From Pseudomonadota bacterium (GTDB taxonomy: Bacteria; Myxococcota_A; Bradymonadia; UBA4248): a DNA stretch of 64,000 nt. Every line of letters starts with the position of its first letter. Within the stretch, counting starts at the first letter, position 1. The stretch covers positions 140-64,139 of the forward strand of contig JAFRYG010000067.1 of assembly GCA_017441205.1 (NCBI GenBank), given 5' to 3'. Under the pieces are notes generated by a model, which had not been told where the DNA came from, made no database searches, and saw only the letters and a list, made by a program, of their open reading frames with translations. The position numbers and the translations under genes are program-made. Below are positions 9,758 to 18,330 of this stretch, one piece after another.

Positions 9758-12433
9758 TTGAAACTTCTGGCTATTGTCGAAGACAGATTAAAAGATGTCC
9801 TCCTGCACTTGCTGGGATGTGAGATTGAGTTTAAGGCATCGTGGAGTGATGTGGATGCCCGGCAGTTGCCAGATTATGGGTGTATCGTTGCATCCGGGTG
9901 CCTCATCGAAAGCAGCGATCCCCTCGTTCTCTGGGGTATAGCCAGTGAAATCCGCTATTTTGGTATTTTGGCGGTGTTTGTGGATGTTTCGTTTGAGGCA
10001 GGCAACCTGATTCCTCGTGTTTATCCTCAAATTAAGCTCGCCTCATACCGTGGGGACTCGTCCCAGATATCACTTCAGCTCCGCACATATGCGCCTCAGC
10101 TGTTTGGAAATGATGCCTCCTTCAGACGCAGTACGAATTCGGCGTATGCCAATGCACTTCGGTTCGAAGAACGCATAAACAATCCTCTGATTTCCGATCA
10201 GAATCTTGGAGAACGCAATTCGATTTCGGATGTTCGCAAAAGCGCCGTATCTTCGGGCGGATATTTCGGAGCCGTATCTTCGACGCTGGGTGAAGTTCCC
10301 GTTCCGAATGACGAACAGCTGAGGAATAAAGAGCTTAAGTTCTCATCCACCCTTAAGAAAACAGGCTTGGGAACAGGCCGAAGCGCCAATGTTTCCAGTT
10401 CGGATGATTTTGCCATTGATGATTTGGCTGCGATTTCCGGATTTTCAGTAGATTCTGCCGAAATGAATGCCATTGAGGCGGCTCTGGATTCTGCGCACAG
10501 CGGGGAGCACATGACGATGTCAGATCGCTCGAAGCGCGATCGTTCCCAAATCTCTGCACATAATCTGGACTCATCCAAGGGAAAGAGCAAAGGTCCGGTA
10601 ATCAAGCGTATGCTCCAGGATTTTTTGCTCGGAAGTCTGGAAACAGGCACGCTCATTTTTGTCATTCAGACTCTGATTCGTTTGAAGCAAACAGGCACAC
10701 TCGAAATTCGTACAGATACACGCACGCTGAAAATCGAGTTTCGCCAGGGGGTTCCCTGTGTGAGTTGTGATCCGGAGGTCGTCAGGAGTGCATTGGCCTG
10801 GGAATCCGGCGAATATAATTTTAATACAAGCCAGATTCTGTCTTTGAATTCAAAACCCATTCAATTGGACAAAATGATTTCGAGCGTGGTTCATGAGCAG
10901 CTGCGATTGAACTGTATCCTGAAAAAGATGGAGGTTGAATTCAATAGCTATATTTGTCTGACGAATTATTTCAGTCTGGCTACCCACTACGTTGAGGTGG
11001 ATGTTGAGTGGTGGAAAAAATGCGACGGAACGCATCGTTTGTCTGAAATTATGATGTCGTGCGGAGTTTCGATGGAGAGTGTATCGCGCGACATCTACCA
11101 GTCATGGCTTTGTGATGAGATTGCATTTTCTGCAGAACCCTGTCAGAAGGTGGTCAAAATCGAATACGATGTCGTCCATATCTGCGCATCCAATGTGGAT
11201 CAAAATTCAAGATCTTCCCTGAAGAATGGCAAATCTTCGCTGGATATTGTTGCAGAAAGTACCGATGCTTCGTACCTGGACACGATTCGAAAGGAGCTTC
11301 AGCGCGTTCTTGCCAGCTTTGATACTGAAGACGGTTATACGATTCTTGGCATTAAACCGGGCTGCGGCAACAAGGCTCTGGATGATGCGTACTATGCCTG
11401 GATAAATCGTTATCATACAGACCGATTCGTTCGTTTCGGTGATGCTTCCTTTATCAAAATGGCCAATGATTTGGTCATGATGATGAACGGGGTTTATGCG
11501 AAGCTTTCGAAGGCAGAGAAACAGCTTTCGAAGGCTCAGAAGGTGGTCGAGAAAGCCCGGATCGCTGAAGATACCAATGTTCGGGAAGTGAGCGGAAGAA
11601 TTGGTGTGGGCAGGGCGAGAACGAGCACGATCCATACTCAGGATAATATTTCGAATGAGCAGATAAGGAATATTTCAGCAGAGCTCCGTTCGATTCAGAA
11701 TAATGAAGCCGGTTCCCGTGAACAGGAGGCAGGTACTTCGCAGCGTCCGCGCATTCGTCCTGCATCTCTTGCGGTTTCGAGTGAAAATGATCTTGTTCCG
11801 AGGACGTCTCGGCCGTCGTCACCGCAGGTATTGCGGATGAGTGATGTCATTGCGCGCAGGGTTACGCCGTCGCATGAAAGGGCTCTGTCGGAAAACAGCA
11901 GCACGGGAAGATCTGCATCATCGCGTTCATCCGGAGCATGGTCTTCTTCGACGGTAACGCCTGAACAGCATTTTCAGACGGCAAAGAAAAAGCTGACGCT
12001 TGGTCTGGCACAGGATGCACTGGCTTCGTTGGCCTGGGCTCTGGAAGCCGATCCGGATAATCTGGACTACATTGCGCATCATGCGTATGCGGCTTTTCTG
12101 GTCGATCCTTCGCTGCGCGAAGAGAGTATTGAACGCATCACGGATGTGATTGAAAAACTGGAAGCTGAATTCCAGGGTAATCTATCTGTTGGTCAGGATG
12201 AAAAGATGCGTTTGTTTGCGCCTTACTATTTTATCGGCAAGATTCATCTGACAGTCGAGGAATACGAGACAGCCCGCGATTTCTTTACGAAAGCCGCCAA
12301 ACTCAACCCCAGTGATGTCGATACTCAGCGGTGTCTGCGTTATATTACGATGCAGCTCAACAAGATTGCGGAACAGAACAAATCGAAGTCAGGCGGGCTT
12401 TTTTCGAGGTTCAGGGACAGATTCCAGAAATAG
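9758..12433 (+). CDS. Multidomain cytoplasmic protein: N-terminal REC-like fold, DUF4388-like segment, degenerate J-domain (HTD in place of HPD), C-terminal TPR-like repeats
   Basis: A TTG start follows GGAG. The N-terminus KLLAIVEDRL is receiver-like. LQDFLLGSLETGTLIFVIQTLIRLKQTGTLEI resembles DUF4388. YTILGIKPGCGNKALDDAYYAWINRYHTDRF is J-domain-like. TPR-like helices are present at the C-terminus. Confidence 0.65.
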   Translation: MKLLAIVEDRLKDVLLHLLGCEIEFKASWSDVDARQLPDYGCIVASGCLIESSDPLVLWGIASEIRYFGILAVFVDVSFEAGNLIPRVYPQIKLASYRGDSSQISLQLRTYAPQLFGNDASFRRSTNSAYANALRFEERINNPLISDQNLGERNSISDVRKSAVSSGGYFGAVSSTLGEVPVPNDEQLRNKELKFSSTLKKTGLGTGRSANVSSSDDFAIDDLAAISGFSVDSAEMNAIEAALDSAHSGEHMTMSDRSKRDRSQISAHNLDSSKGKSKGPVIKRMLQDFLLGSLETGTLIFVIQTLIRLKQTGTLEIRTDTRTLKIEFRQGVPCVSCDPEVVRSALAWESGEYNFNTSQILSLNSKPIQLDKMISSVVHEQLRLNCILKKMEVEFNSYICLTNYFSLATHYVEVDVEWWKKCDGTHRLSEIMMSCGVSMESVSRDIYQSWLCDEIAFSAEPCQKVVKIEYDVVHICASNVDQNSRSSLKNGKSSLDIVAESTDASYLDTIRKELQRVLASFDTEDGYTILGIKPGCGNKALDDAYYAWINRYHTDRFVRFGDASFIKMANDLVMMMNGVYAKLSKAEKQLSKAQKVVEKARIAEDTNVREVSGRIGVGRARTSTIHTQDNISNEQIRNISAELRSIQNNEAGSREQEAGTSQRPRIRPASLAVSSENDLVPRTSRPSSPQVLRMSDVIARRVTPSHERALSENSSTGRSASSRSSGAWSSSTVTPEQHFQTAKKKLTLGLAQDALASLAWALEADPDNLDYIAHHAYAAFLVDPSLREESIERITDVIEKLEAEFQGNLSVGQDEKMRLFAPYYFIGKIHLTVEEYETARDFFTKAAKLNPSDVDTQRCLRYITMQLNKIAEQNKSKSGGLFSRFRDRFQK

Positions 12434-12445
12434 GAGGGGCGGGCG

Positions 12446-12478
12446 TTTTGGCCATGGGCCAATAGCACGCACGTGCGG
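12446..12478. repeat. REP-like palindrome TTGGCCatgGGCCAATAG plus a 10-bp perfect palindrome CGCACGTGCG, between convergent genes
   Basis: Inverted-repeat structure read directly from the sequence. Confidence 0.4.
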
Positions 12479-12496
12479 CCAATCTCCCCCCCAAAA

Positions 12497-13150
12497 TTAT
12501 TCCACCGTCCAGACGAGATCGAATTTCGTCATGCCGCGCTGAATGTTGACAGTACAACCCGATCCATTTTTAGCCTCTTCCCAGCGATTGAAATAATCGT
12601 CCGGCGTCTTGGGCAACTGCCCGTTGATCCCGATGATAATATCGTCATCCGCAAGATCCACGCCCGAAAATGCCTTGAGATCCTTGACGCGATACCCCAG
12701 AAGTACACCGCCATCCACGATCGGATCGAGCGTCATGCGCCCAAGAATGACCGCCGGACTTTGAGCAAAAAAAGTATCGTACATCGGTCTGGATACCGAA
12801 AATGTTCTCGCCGGCGCTGCATCAGCATCATTCTGACTGACTTCAGCATTCTGTTCCTGCTGCGGCATCTGCAGTTCTGCTCCGGCCTGCGCTGCAGCCC
12901 CTTCGCCGACCGCCACGACATAGCGAGTATCTTCCTGAATCGCAGACGGATGTTCTGCTTCGGACTTTTCAATGGCAGCTGCATAACGGGCTTCATCTTT
13001 GGCCGACATTTCCTTCACAGAACCAGAAGCACATCCGCACACCAGGACAAAACTCAGACTCACTCCCATCCATTGCATCCAGGCTCTCATACTCCATTCC
13101 TTTTTACTGATGATTTCCTTACAATACTTCAGCATCCGGCCATCCTGCAT
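12497..13150 (-). CDS. PDZ-domain lipoprotein
   Basis: Signal peptide with lipobox (SLSFVLVCGCASGS). The C-terminal ~90 aa has a PDZ-like pattern (ILGRMTLDPIVDGGVLLGYRV...GDDIIIGINGQ). Confidence 0.6.
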   Translation of the reverse strand: MQDGRMLKYCKEIISKKEWSMRAWMQWMGVSLSFVLVCGCASGSVKEMSAKDEARYAAAIEKSEAEHPSAIQEDTRYVVAVGEGAAAQAGAELQMPQQEQNAEVSQNDADAAPARTFSVSRPMYDTFFAQSPAVILGRMTLDPIVDGGVLLGYRVKDLKAFSGVDLADDDIIIGINGQLPKTPDDYFNRWEEAKNGSGCTVNIQRGMTKFDLVWTVE

Positions 13151-13307
13151 CGTTTGCAGTCAACCGGCATCATCATAACATAATGAACCAATATGGATAG
13201 TTTGCGCACTTCGGAGCATTCAAATCAGCATTATTGCACCCATCTCTTGACAACCGCCTTCAACTCATCAAAATGAATAATTGTGTTCTGACCCAAGGAG
13301 GCACGGA

Positions 13308-13916
13308 GTGATACTTCATAAACCATTCATTCTGTTATTCACCGCATTTTGGATTGCCATGGGATGTTTCTTCATTCCACAGTCAGTTCAGGCATCGACA
13401 GTCGCTGCCCTTTCGGATGAACAGCTCGTCGATATGTCAAGCTGCATCCTCCATGCGACGATTATCCGTACTGAACCCGTTCAGTTCGATTCGCACACCA
13501 TTCTGACCAAAGTCACGGTTCAGGTTCACGAAAACCTCAAATGCGACGCCGCCATCGAAAACGACTCATTTCAGTTCTACGTCCGCGGCGGTTCAATCGA
13601 TGACTTTACCCAGACCGTTTCGGGAGAATTCAATGCCGTCCCGGATGACGAAATCGTCGTCTTCCTCAGACACGTTCAACGCTATCAGAACGCCTATATG
13701 GTTCTCGGCATGAAACAGGGTGCATTCGTCATCAAAGATATTCCGCAGACCAGAGCAGATCGCAAGCAGTCCAAATCCGTAATTAAACGCCAGATTGCGG
13801 ACATTGTTCCGAACCACGTTCTGCCCGAATCCAGATTTGCACAAAGCGAAACACTCTCTGACCTGAAACAGGCAATACGCGATCAAATTCAAACGAACAG
13901 GGCGCGCCATGAATAA
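13308..13916 (+). CDS. Secreted hypothetical protein co-transcribed with the matrixin-like protease
   Basis: A GTG start lies 7 nt after AAGGAGG. A signal peptide is present. The stop overlaps the start of the next gene by 8 bp. Confidence 0.5.
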   Translation: MILHKPFILLFTAFWIAMGCFFIPQSVQASTVAALSDEQLVDMSSCILHATIIRTEPVQFDSHTILTKVTVQVHENLKCDAAIENDSFQFYVRGGSIDDFTQTVSGEFNAVPDDEIVVFLRHVQRYQNAYMVLGMKQGAFVIKDIPQTRADRKQSKSVIKRQIADIVPNHVLPESRFAQSETLSDLKQAIRDQIQTNRARHE

Positions 13917-14736
13917 ACTGATTCTCGTCTGTTTGCTTTGCCTGTGTCCCGTCCAGGCACTCGCATGGGAACGGACCATGACATGTGAACCACCCAACTG
14001 CGGCGATAAAACACCTCTGCCAACCTACTGGGAAGATCCATGTGTTGCTTTTCATCTGAACAAAGCCGGAACGCGTAAAATGAATTTCGCGGACGTTCAG
14101 AAAATCGTCAAGATCTCGGTCGATGCCTGGTATCATCCTGATATTTCATCACTCACACCACACCTTTCCGGTCTGACGGACGAAGATCGCGTCGGCTATA
14201 ATCCCTATATTGATCAAAATGCCAATATTATCGTTTTCCGCGATGACGAATGGACTGAAGCCGGCGAAATGATGGCACTGACGACAGTCACGCACCGCAA
14301 CTCAACCGGTCGGATTTATGATGCTGACATCGAAATCAACACAGCCAACTGGGATTATGGCATCGTCGAAAAGGATGGCAAGAACGTCGTCGATCTCCAG
14401 AACACGCTGACACACGAAATCGGCCATGTCTTTGGACTTGCGCACTCCCAAAACCTCGAAGCCACGATGTTCCCCTATTCTTCGACCGGCGAAACCAATC
14501 TGCGTTCACTTGAAGACGACGATCTCGAGGCCATCGCTGCCATTTATCCCCCCAGCGGCAATGCCTGCGTATTCAGGGATGGCACCTTCCAAAAACCGCC
14601 CTACGACATGGACGAAGCCCCCGTCAAAGACGAAGACTGCTCAAGTCAGCCCAGAACTCCACATACCACGCCACTGTGGCTGTTCATTGTGGCCATGGGC
14701 ATGCTGCTCAGACGTCGCACTGCTTCTTTTTTGTAG
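13909..14736 (+). CDS. Matrixin (M10)-like zinc metalloprotease with a C-terminal sorting-signal-like tail
   Basis: Signal peptide present. HEIGHVFGLAHS matches HEXXHXXGXXH, followed by the Met-turn ATMFPY. The C-terminus is DCSSQP...PLWLFIVAMGMLLRRR. Confidence 0.8.
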   Translation: MNKLILVCLLCLCPVQALAWERTMTCEPPNCGDKTPLPTYWEDPCVAFHLNKAGTRKMNFADVQKIVKISVDAWYHPDISSLTPHLSGLTDEDRVGYNPYIDQNANIIVFRDDEWTEAGEMMALTTVTHRNSTGRIYDADIEINTANWDYGIVEKDGKNVVDLQNTLTHEIGHVFGLAHSQNLEATMFPYSSTGETNLRSLEDDDLEAIAAIYPPSGNACVFRDGTFQKPPYDMDEAPVKDEDCSSQPRTPHTTPLWLFIVAMGMLLRRRTASFL

Positions 14737-14738
14737 GT

Positions 14739-14788
14739 TTGGCCTATTTCATACGGCCAATGCTCGGTGCTATTTCATACGCACCGAG
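14739..14788. repeat. Second tandem pair of TATTTCATAC-loop hairpins
   Basis: ttggccTATTTCATACggccaa followed by cggtgcTATTTCATACgcaccg, between convergent gene ends. Confidence 0.5.
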
Positions 14789-16167
14789 ACCGTTCGGCGT
14801 ATTATCATTCCGGCAAAACAGAGCAAAAACAGCATCATTCCCAGCGGCCCGGAGGAATTCCGCGGATTGCCCTGACATGCAGAGGGATTGTCGAAAGCGA
14901 TCTTGCTGTCATTGCCGCTCACGCATCTGTAATCGTCGCAATGATAGCCCTTTCCGCACAATCCGCATGTACCCCCGCATCCGTTATCGCCACACTGCCG
15001 ATCCTCGCAGCTTGGTTCGCAGTTCTGAGGCGGTATGAGACAGCCGCGTGCTATCTGGCATGAAAGGCCTTCGGGACATCCGGCGCACTTGCCGCCATAG
15101 ATATCAATTTCGCCGCACGAAAGTTCTCCGCAGCTGGGCGCATAATTATTTGGTGAAGATGCTTCACAATGGCATGTGATGCCGCATTCCGGTTCTTCTT
15201 CTCCGCATGTAAGATCATTGCAGGCAGATTCACTGATTTCGAAGCTGGTATCCAGGCACTGACACTGTCCTGTGGTGGGATTGCAAGTGAAATTCGATGG
15301 ACATTCACCACATGAATCGCCGCATGAATTTGTTCCGCATTGTCTGCCATTACACCCGTCTTTACAGACGCAGCGATGATTGAGGCAGTATTTTCCGGGT
15401 GCACAATTGCCGCATGAACCGCCGCATCCATCGTTTCCGCACTCGTAAATATCGCTGTTTCCGTTATTGCATGTGGGGGTACATTTTTTTACCGAAACAC
15501 ATCTGTAATCCTGGCAGGATTTACCACTCTCACATGTTTTTTCCAGAGTGTTGCCACATCCATCGTCACCGCATTCTTTCTCCTCATCCTCGGTGTCGGG
15601 AATGAACAGCTGCGGAGTACAGGTGCATGTACCTGCCAGACAATACAATCCGTCGGCACATTTCCCGCAGGATTCACCACATCCATCGCTTCCGCATGAT
15701 TTTCCTGCACAGTCCGGAATACATGGACATTCGTAGTTTGAGTCCACTCGCTTGAGATCATATTTGTCGCTGCGAAGGTTGATTTCCATGCCCTGTCCAA
15801 CGATACCAAGTATCTGTCCCTGCTTGATGACGGCATTTTTGCGGACGTTGTTGGGAATGGCATTGAGTCCGCAATATTCAACACTTCCTTCTTTGTGCAT
15901 GATCGATATGCAATCGGCATTCTTTTCTTCGACAGATCCGTTGTCCATTGCATAAACCAGAGAGCCTGAACGTGCCGTAACCTTGAGCAGACTTGTTTTG
16001 GCGATGTATTCTGCCGAGCTGTCCGAAATTGGGGCGCAGGGATCGGCCTTCGCTGGTTCCGAAAATAAGGTCCAGCATGACAGCGCAGCAATCACAACTG
16101 CAATTCTGGATATATGGTGGATAGGGCAAAATCCGATTGCCATGAACAGACTCCTCGTAATAGCCAA
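14770..16167 (-). CDS. Secreted protein: degenerate LytM/M23-like domain, about 7 Cys-rich repeats (CGxDGCGGxCGxC...), C-terminal sorting-signal-like tail
   Basis: Signal peptide present. SIMHKEGSVEYCGLN...VIKQGQILGIVGQG matches the LytM core but lacks the HxH metal ligands. The C-terminus is ACQGNP...LGMMLFLLCFAGMIIRR. Confidence 0.65.
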   Translation of the reverse strand: MAITRSLFMAIGFCPIHHISRIAVVIAALSCWTLFSEPAKADPCAPISDSSAEYIAKTSLLKVTARSGSLVYAMDNGSVEEKNADCISIMHKEGSVEYCGLNAIPNNVRKNAVIKQGQILGIVGQGMEINLRSDKYDLKRVDSNYECPCIPDCAGKSCGSDGCGESCGKCADGLYCLAGTCTCTPQLFIPDTEDEEKECGDDGCGNTLEKTCESGKSCQDYRCVSVKKCTPTCNNGNSDIYECGNDGCGGSCGNCAPGKYCLNHRCVCKDGCNGRQCGTNSCGDSCGECPSNFTCNPTTGQCQCLDTSFEISESACNDLTCGEEEPECGITCHCEASSPNNYAPSCGELSCGEIDIYGGKCAGCPEGLSCQIARGCLIPPQNCEPSCEDRQCGDNGCGGTCGLCGKGYHCDDYRCVSGNDSKIAFDNPSACQGNPRNSSGPLGMMLFLLCFAGMIIRRTVSVRMK

Positions 16168-16290
16168 AACACGGAAGAACCGTGAATAAACGATATATGT
16201 TACCTATGAATCATGCAGTTCGCAAGGTACAATTGGTGTTTTGGGTTCGGGAACGGGTCTTTTGTATGGCTGTGAGCGAATTGACTGGTT

Positions 16291-16325
16291 CCGGAGGTAA
16301 AAAAAAAAGCGGCATGAAGCCGCTT
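16291..16325 (-). terminator. Intrinsic terminator downstream of the small lipoprotein gene
   Basis: On the plus strand an A9 run precedes the aagcggc / gccgctt hairpin. On the minus strand this reads as a hairpin followed by T9. Confidence 0.5.
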
Positions 16326-16346
16326 TTATAAAATGAAATGTTGAGC

Positions 16347-16547
16347 TTAACCGGCTTTTCCGGGAAGCCATTCGCAATAGCCTTCTTTCCACTCGCCAGT
16401 ATTGGGATCCTGTTTTGGGGGAACCCATTGACGGTCATACGCACATTTACCGGTTTCGGTTGTGCTTGGTGCCCAGGATTTGCAACCCATCAGGGCGCAT
16501 GCCATGCTCATCATTACCAAAAGAGCAAGGACAACACGTTTGTTCAT
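16347..16547 (-). CDS. Small Cys-containing lipoprotein (66 aa)
   Basis: MNKRVVLALLVMMSMACALMGC signal with lipobox. GGAGG lies upstream of the ATG. A terminator follows. Confidence 0.5.
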   Translation of the reverse strand: MNKRVVLALLVMMSMACALMGCKSWAPSTTETGKCAYDRQWVPPKQDPNTGEWKEGYCEWLPGKAG

Positions 16548-16827
16548 TTTTGCCTCCATAAGGTCTGTTATTATTTTTTCCCGTCGTCTCTGGCGACCGA
16601 ATGCAACCAAAGCGCTAACTCAGAATGAGTATGCGTCAAAGCTTTTTGCGTCATTTTACCAATTTTCGCAAGGTAAATGTGATGCAGGAACTCTGACTAG
16701 CCTGTTCATTGATGAATGATGAACGTGCTTGACTTATGAGTCTATCCCAAATCGCCTATCAAGTGCAAGTTTTGTGGAAAAAAAGTGAAAAATTAAATGC
16801 AAGTGCCTGTTAAGGCCGAATGAATGA

Positions 16828-18285
16828 TTAAAAATGTCTGATATTCCTGCGTCTTAAACGAAGCAGCAGGCCGAAAGCCAGACCGATAAATCCGAATGTG
16901 AGTGGTGATGGTGCCGAAAGCGGATTGGCGGAGCAATTTGAATCGCTGGAACCGGATTCATCTTCATCGTCATCATTCGCATTTGGATCGTCCTCAGAAT
17001 CCGGCTTATTTGTCGGTTTGGGGGTATCCGTCGTTGGTTTTGTCTTGTCGTCGTCGGCCGGATCCGTATCCTTCGGCGGTTCCGTCTTGTCCTCAGGCGG
17101 TTCTGTCTTGTCCTCAGGCGGTTCTGTCTTGTCCTCGGGTGGTTCCGTATTGTCACCAGGTTCCGTTTTGTCCTCAGGCGGTTCCGTCTTGTCCTCAGGC
17201 GGTTCCGTTTTGTCCTCAGGTGGTTCCGTCTTGTCCTCAGGCGGTTCCGTTTTGTCCTCAGGCGGTTCCGTTTTGTCCTCAGGCGGTTCCGTTTTGTCCT
17301 CAGGCGGTTCCGTTATATCGAGGCAGGAAGCGAGTGTTTGATCACTCCAGGATTTATCGCAATGGAACAGGAGGCTGCCTTCTGTCGGATATCGGGAGAT
17401 GGTTCCATTGGCATCCTTAACTTCGAAGAAGTAGGGGGTGCAGTCAGCCGGAGTCTCAATTCCTGAGGTTCCCCAGACACTGTTCGTCGGAGTTCCTCTG
17501 GTTTTTTCGAGATCTGTGCAGTTGCCGTTTACGGAGACAACGGCTTTGTCGATTGCAGTTTGTGCATAATAATGCAGTTTGAACCAGAGCGTCTTTTGAT
17601 CTTTGTAGTGTGAACCTGCGGAAATCGGGCTTTTCTCTGCGCTGCTGCCCGCAAAATCCTGTGTAGATATGGAGCCATAATAGCCGATGCCTACGGCCCG
17701 GTGGCTTGAATTGAGAATGTTCATTCGATGGCCGTTGTTCATCGTGAATTCACATCCATCACCTTTTCCGTCCTCGAGCAGCCAGAGATTGAATGTACCG
17801 AGGGCACCGATGGCAGAGGCGAGATTCTCACCGCTGGCATTCTTGGCGAACATCTTGATTCTGTCCCAGGTGGAAGTTCCCTTGCTTTTGCATGTGGCTT
17901 TGCCTTCCTTGCATGCGCACGAGGCGGAACCGTTGCATTTGTCCGGGAAATCCTGACCGAGTGTCGAAACGAGCGTGCATGGAGTATCGTGCTGCATGCA
18001 TTTGGCTTCGCTCAGCAGAACCGAATAAAACTGTGCAGCATGGTACAGGCCGGTATCCCAATAGAGCGGCGGCATGGATTCCTTGTGGCAGGATAGTTTT
18101 TCGGAACACATGGAACCGCAGTTTGCGAGTGCTTCCTTTGTATTACATCGGGCTTCGTTGGTGAGCAGATGAATGGCACGAGCTTCTTCAGGGATGCTGC
18201 CATCTTCGCCATACCCAAAAGCACATGTGGGAATAAAGAGGGCTCCAATAAGAAGGCTGCACGAAAGGATATCTTTTTTCTGCAT
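16828..18285 (-). CDS. CAP/SCP/PR-1 superfamily secreted lipoprotein with a (TEPPEDK)n tandem-repeat linker and a C-terminal sorting-signal-like tail
   Basis: The ATG at 18285 (MQKKDIL...) is preceded by GGAGA. CAP motifs are present: HNxxR-like NEARCN, GENL, and NGHRMNILNSSHRAVGIG. The C-terminus is NCSANP...LTFGFIGLAFGLLLRLRRR. Confidence 0.65.
   Translation of the reverse strand: MQKKDILSCSLLIGALFIPTCAFGYGEDGSIPEEARAIHLLTNEARCNTKEALANCGSMCSEKLSCHKESMPPLYWDTGLYHAAQFYSVLLSEAKCMQHDTPCTLVSTLGQDFPDKCNGSASCACKEGKATCKSKGTSTWDRIKMFAKNASGENLASAIGALGTFNLWLLEDGKGDGCEFTMNNGHRMNILNSSHRAVGIGYYGSISTQDFAGSSAEKSPISAGSHYKDQKTLWFKLHYYAQTAIDKAVVSVNGNCTDLEKTRGTPTNSVWGTSGIETPADCTPYFFEVKDANGTISRYPTEGSLLFHCDKSWSDQTLASCLDITEPPEDKTEPPEDKTEPPEDKTEPPEDKTEPPEDKTEPPEDKTEPPEDKTEPGDNTEPPEDKTEPPEDKTEPPEDKTEPPKDTDPADDDKTKPTTDTPKPTNKPDSEDDPNANDDDEDESGSSDSNCSANPLSAPSPLTFGFIGLAFGLLLRLRRRNIRHF
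17070..17320 (-). repeat. About 12 tandem copies of a 21-bp unit encoding TEPPEDK
   Basis: gtcttgtcctcaggcggttcc is repeated. The antisense ORFs at 16898-17341 and 16902-17420 are artefacts of this array. Confidence 0.85.
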
Positions 18286-18330
18286 AATATCTCCTTTTTT
18301 AGAAAGCACACCCGTTTAAAAAATCCGAAT

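Noticed and set aside
5413-12433. Assigning the two large TPR proteins to the myxobacterial gliding (Glt/Agl) machinery
   Set aside because: Only a generic architecture resemblance (Pro-rich linker, TM, TPR). No diagnostic motifs and no neighbouring glt/agl-like genes.
16898-17420. Plus-strand ORFs antisense to the TEPPEDK array (SGGSVLS... and PQAVPFC... translations)
   Set aside because: Repeat-driven open frames with no signals or motifs.
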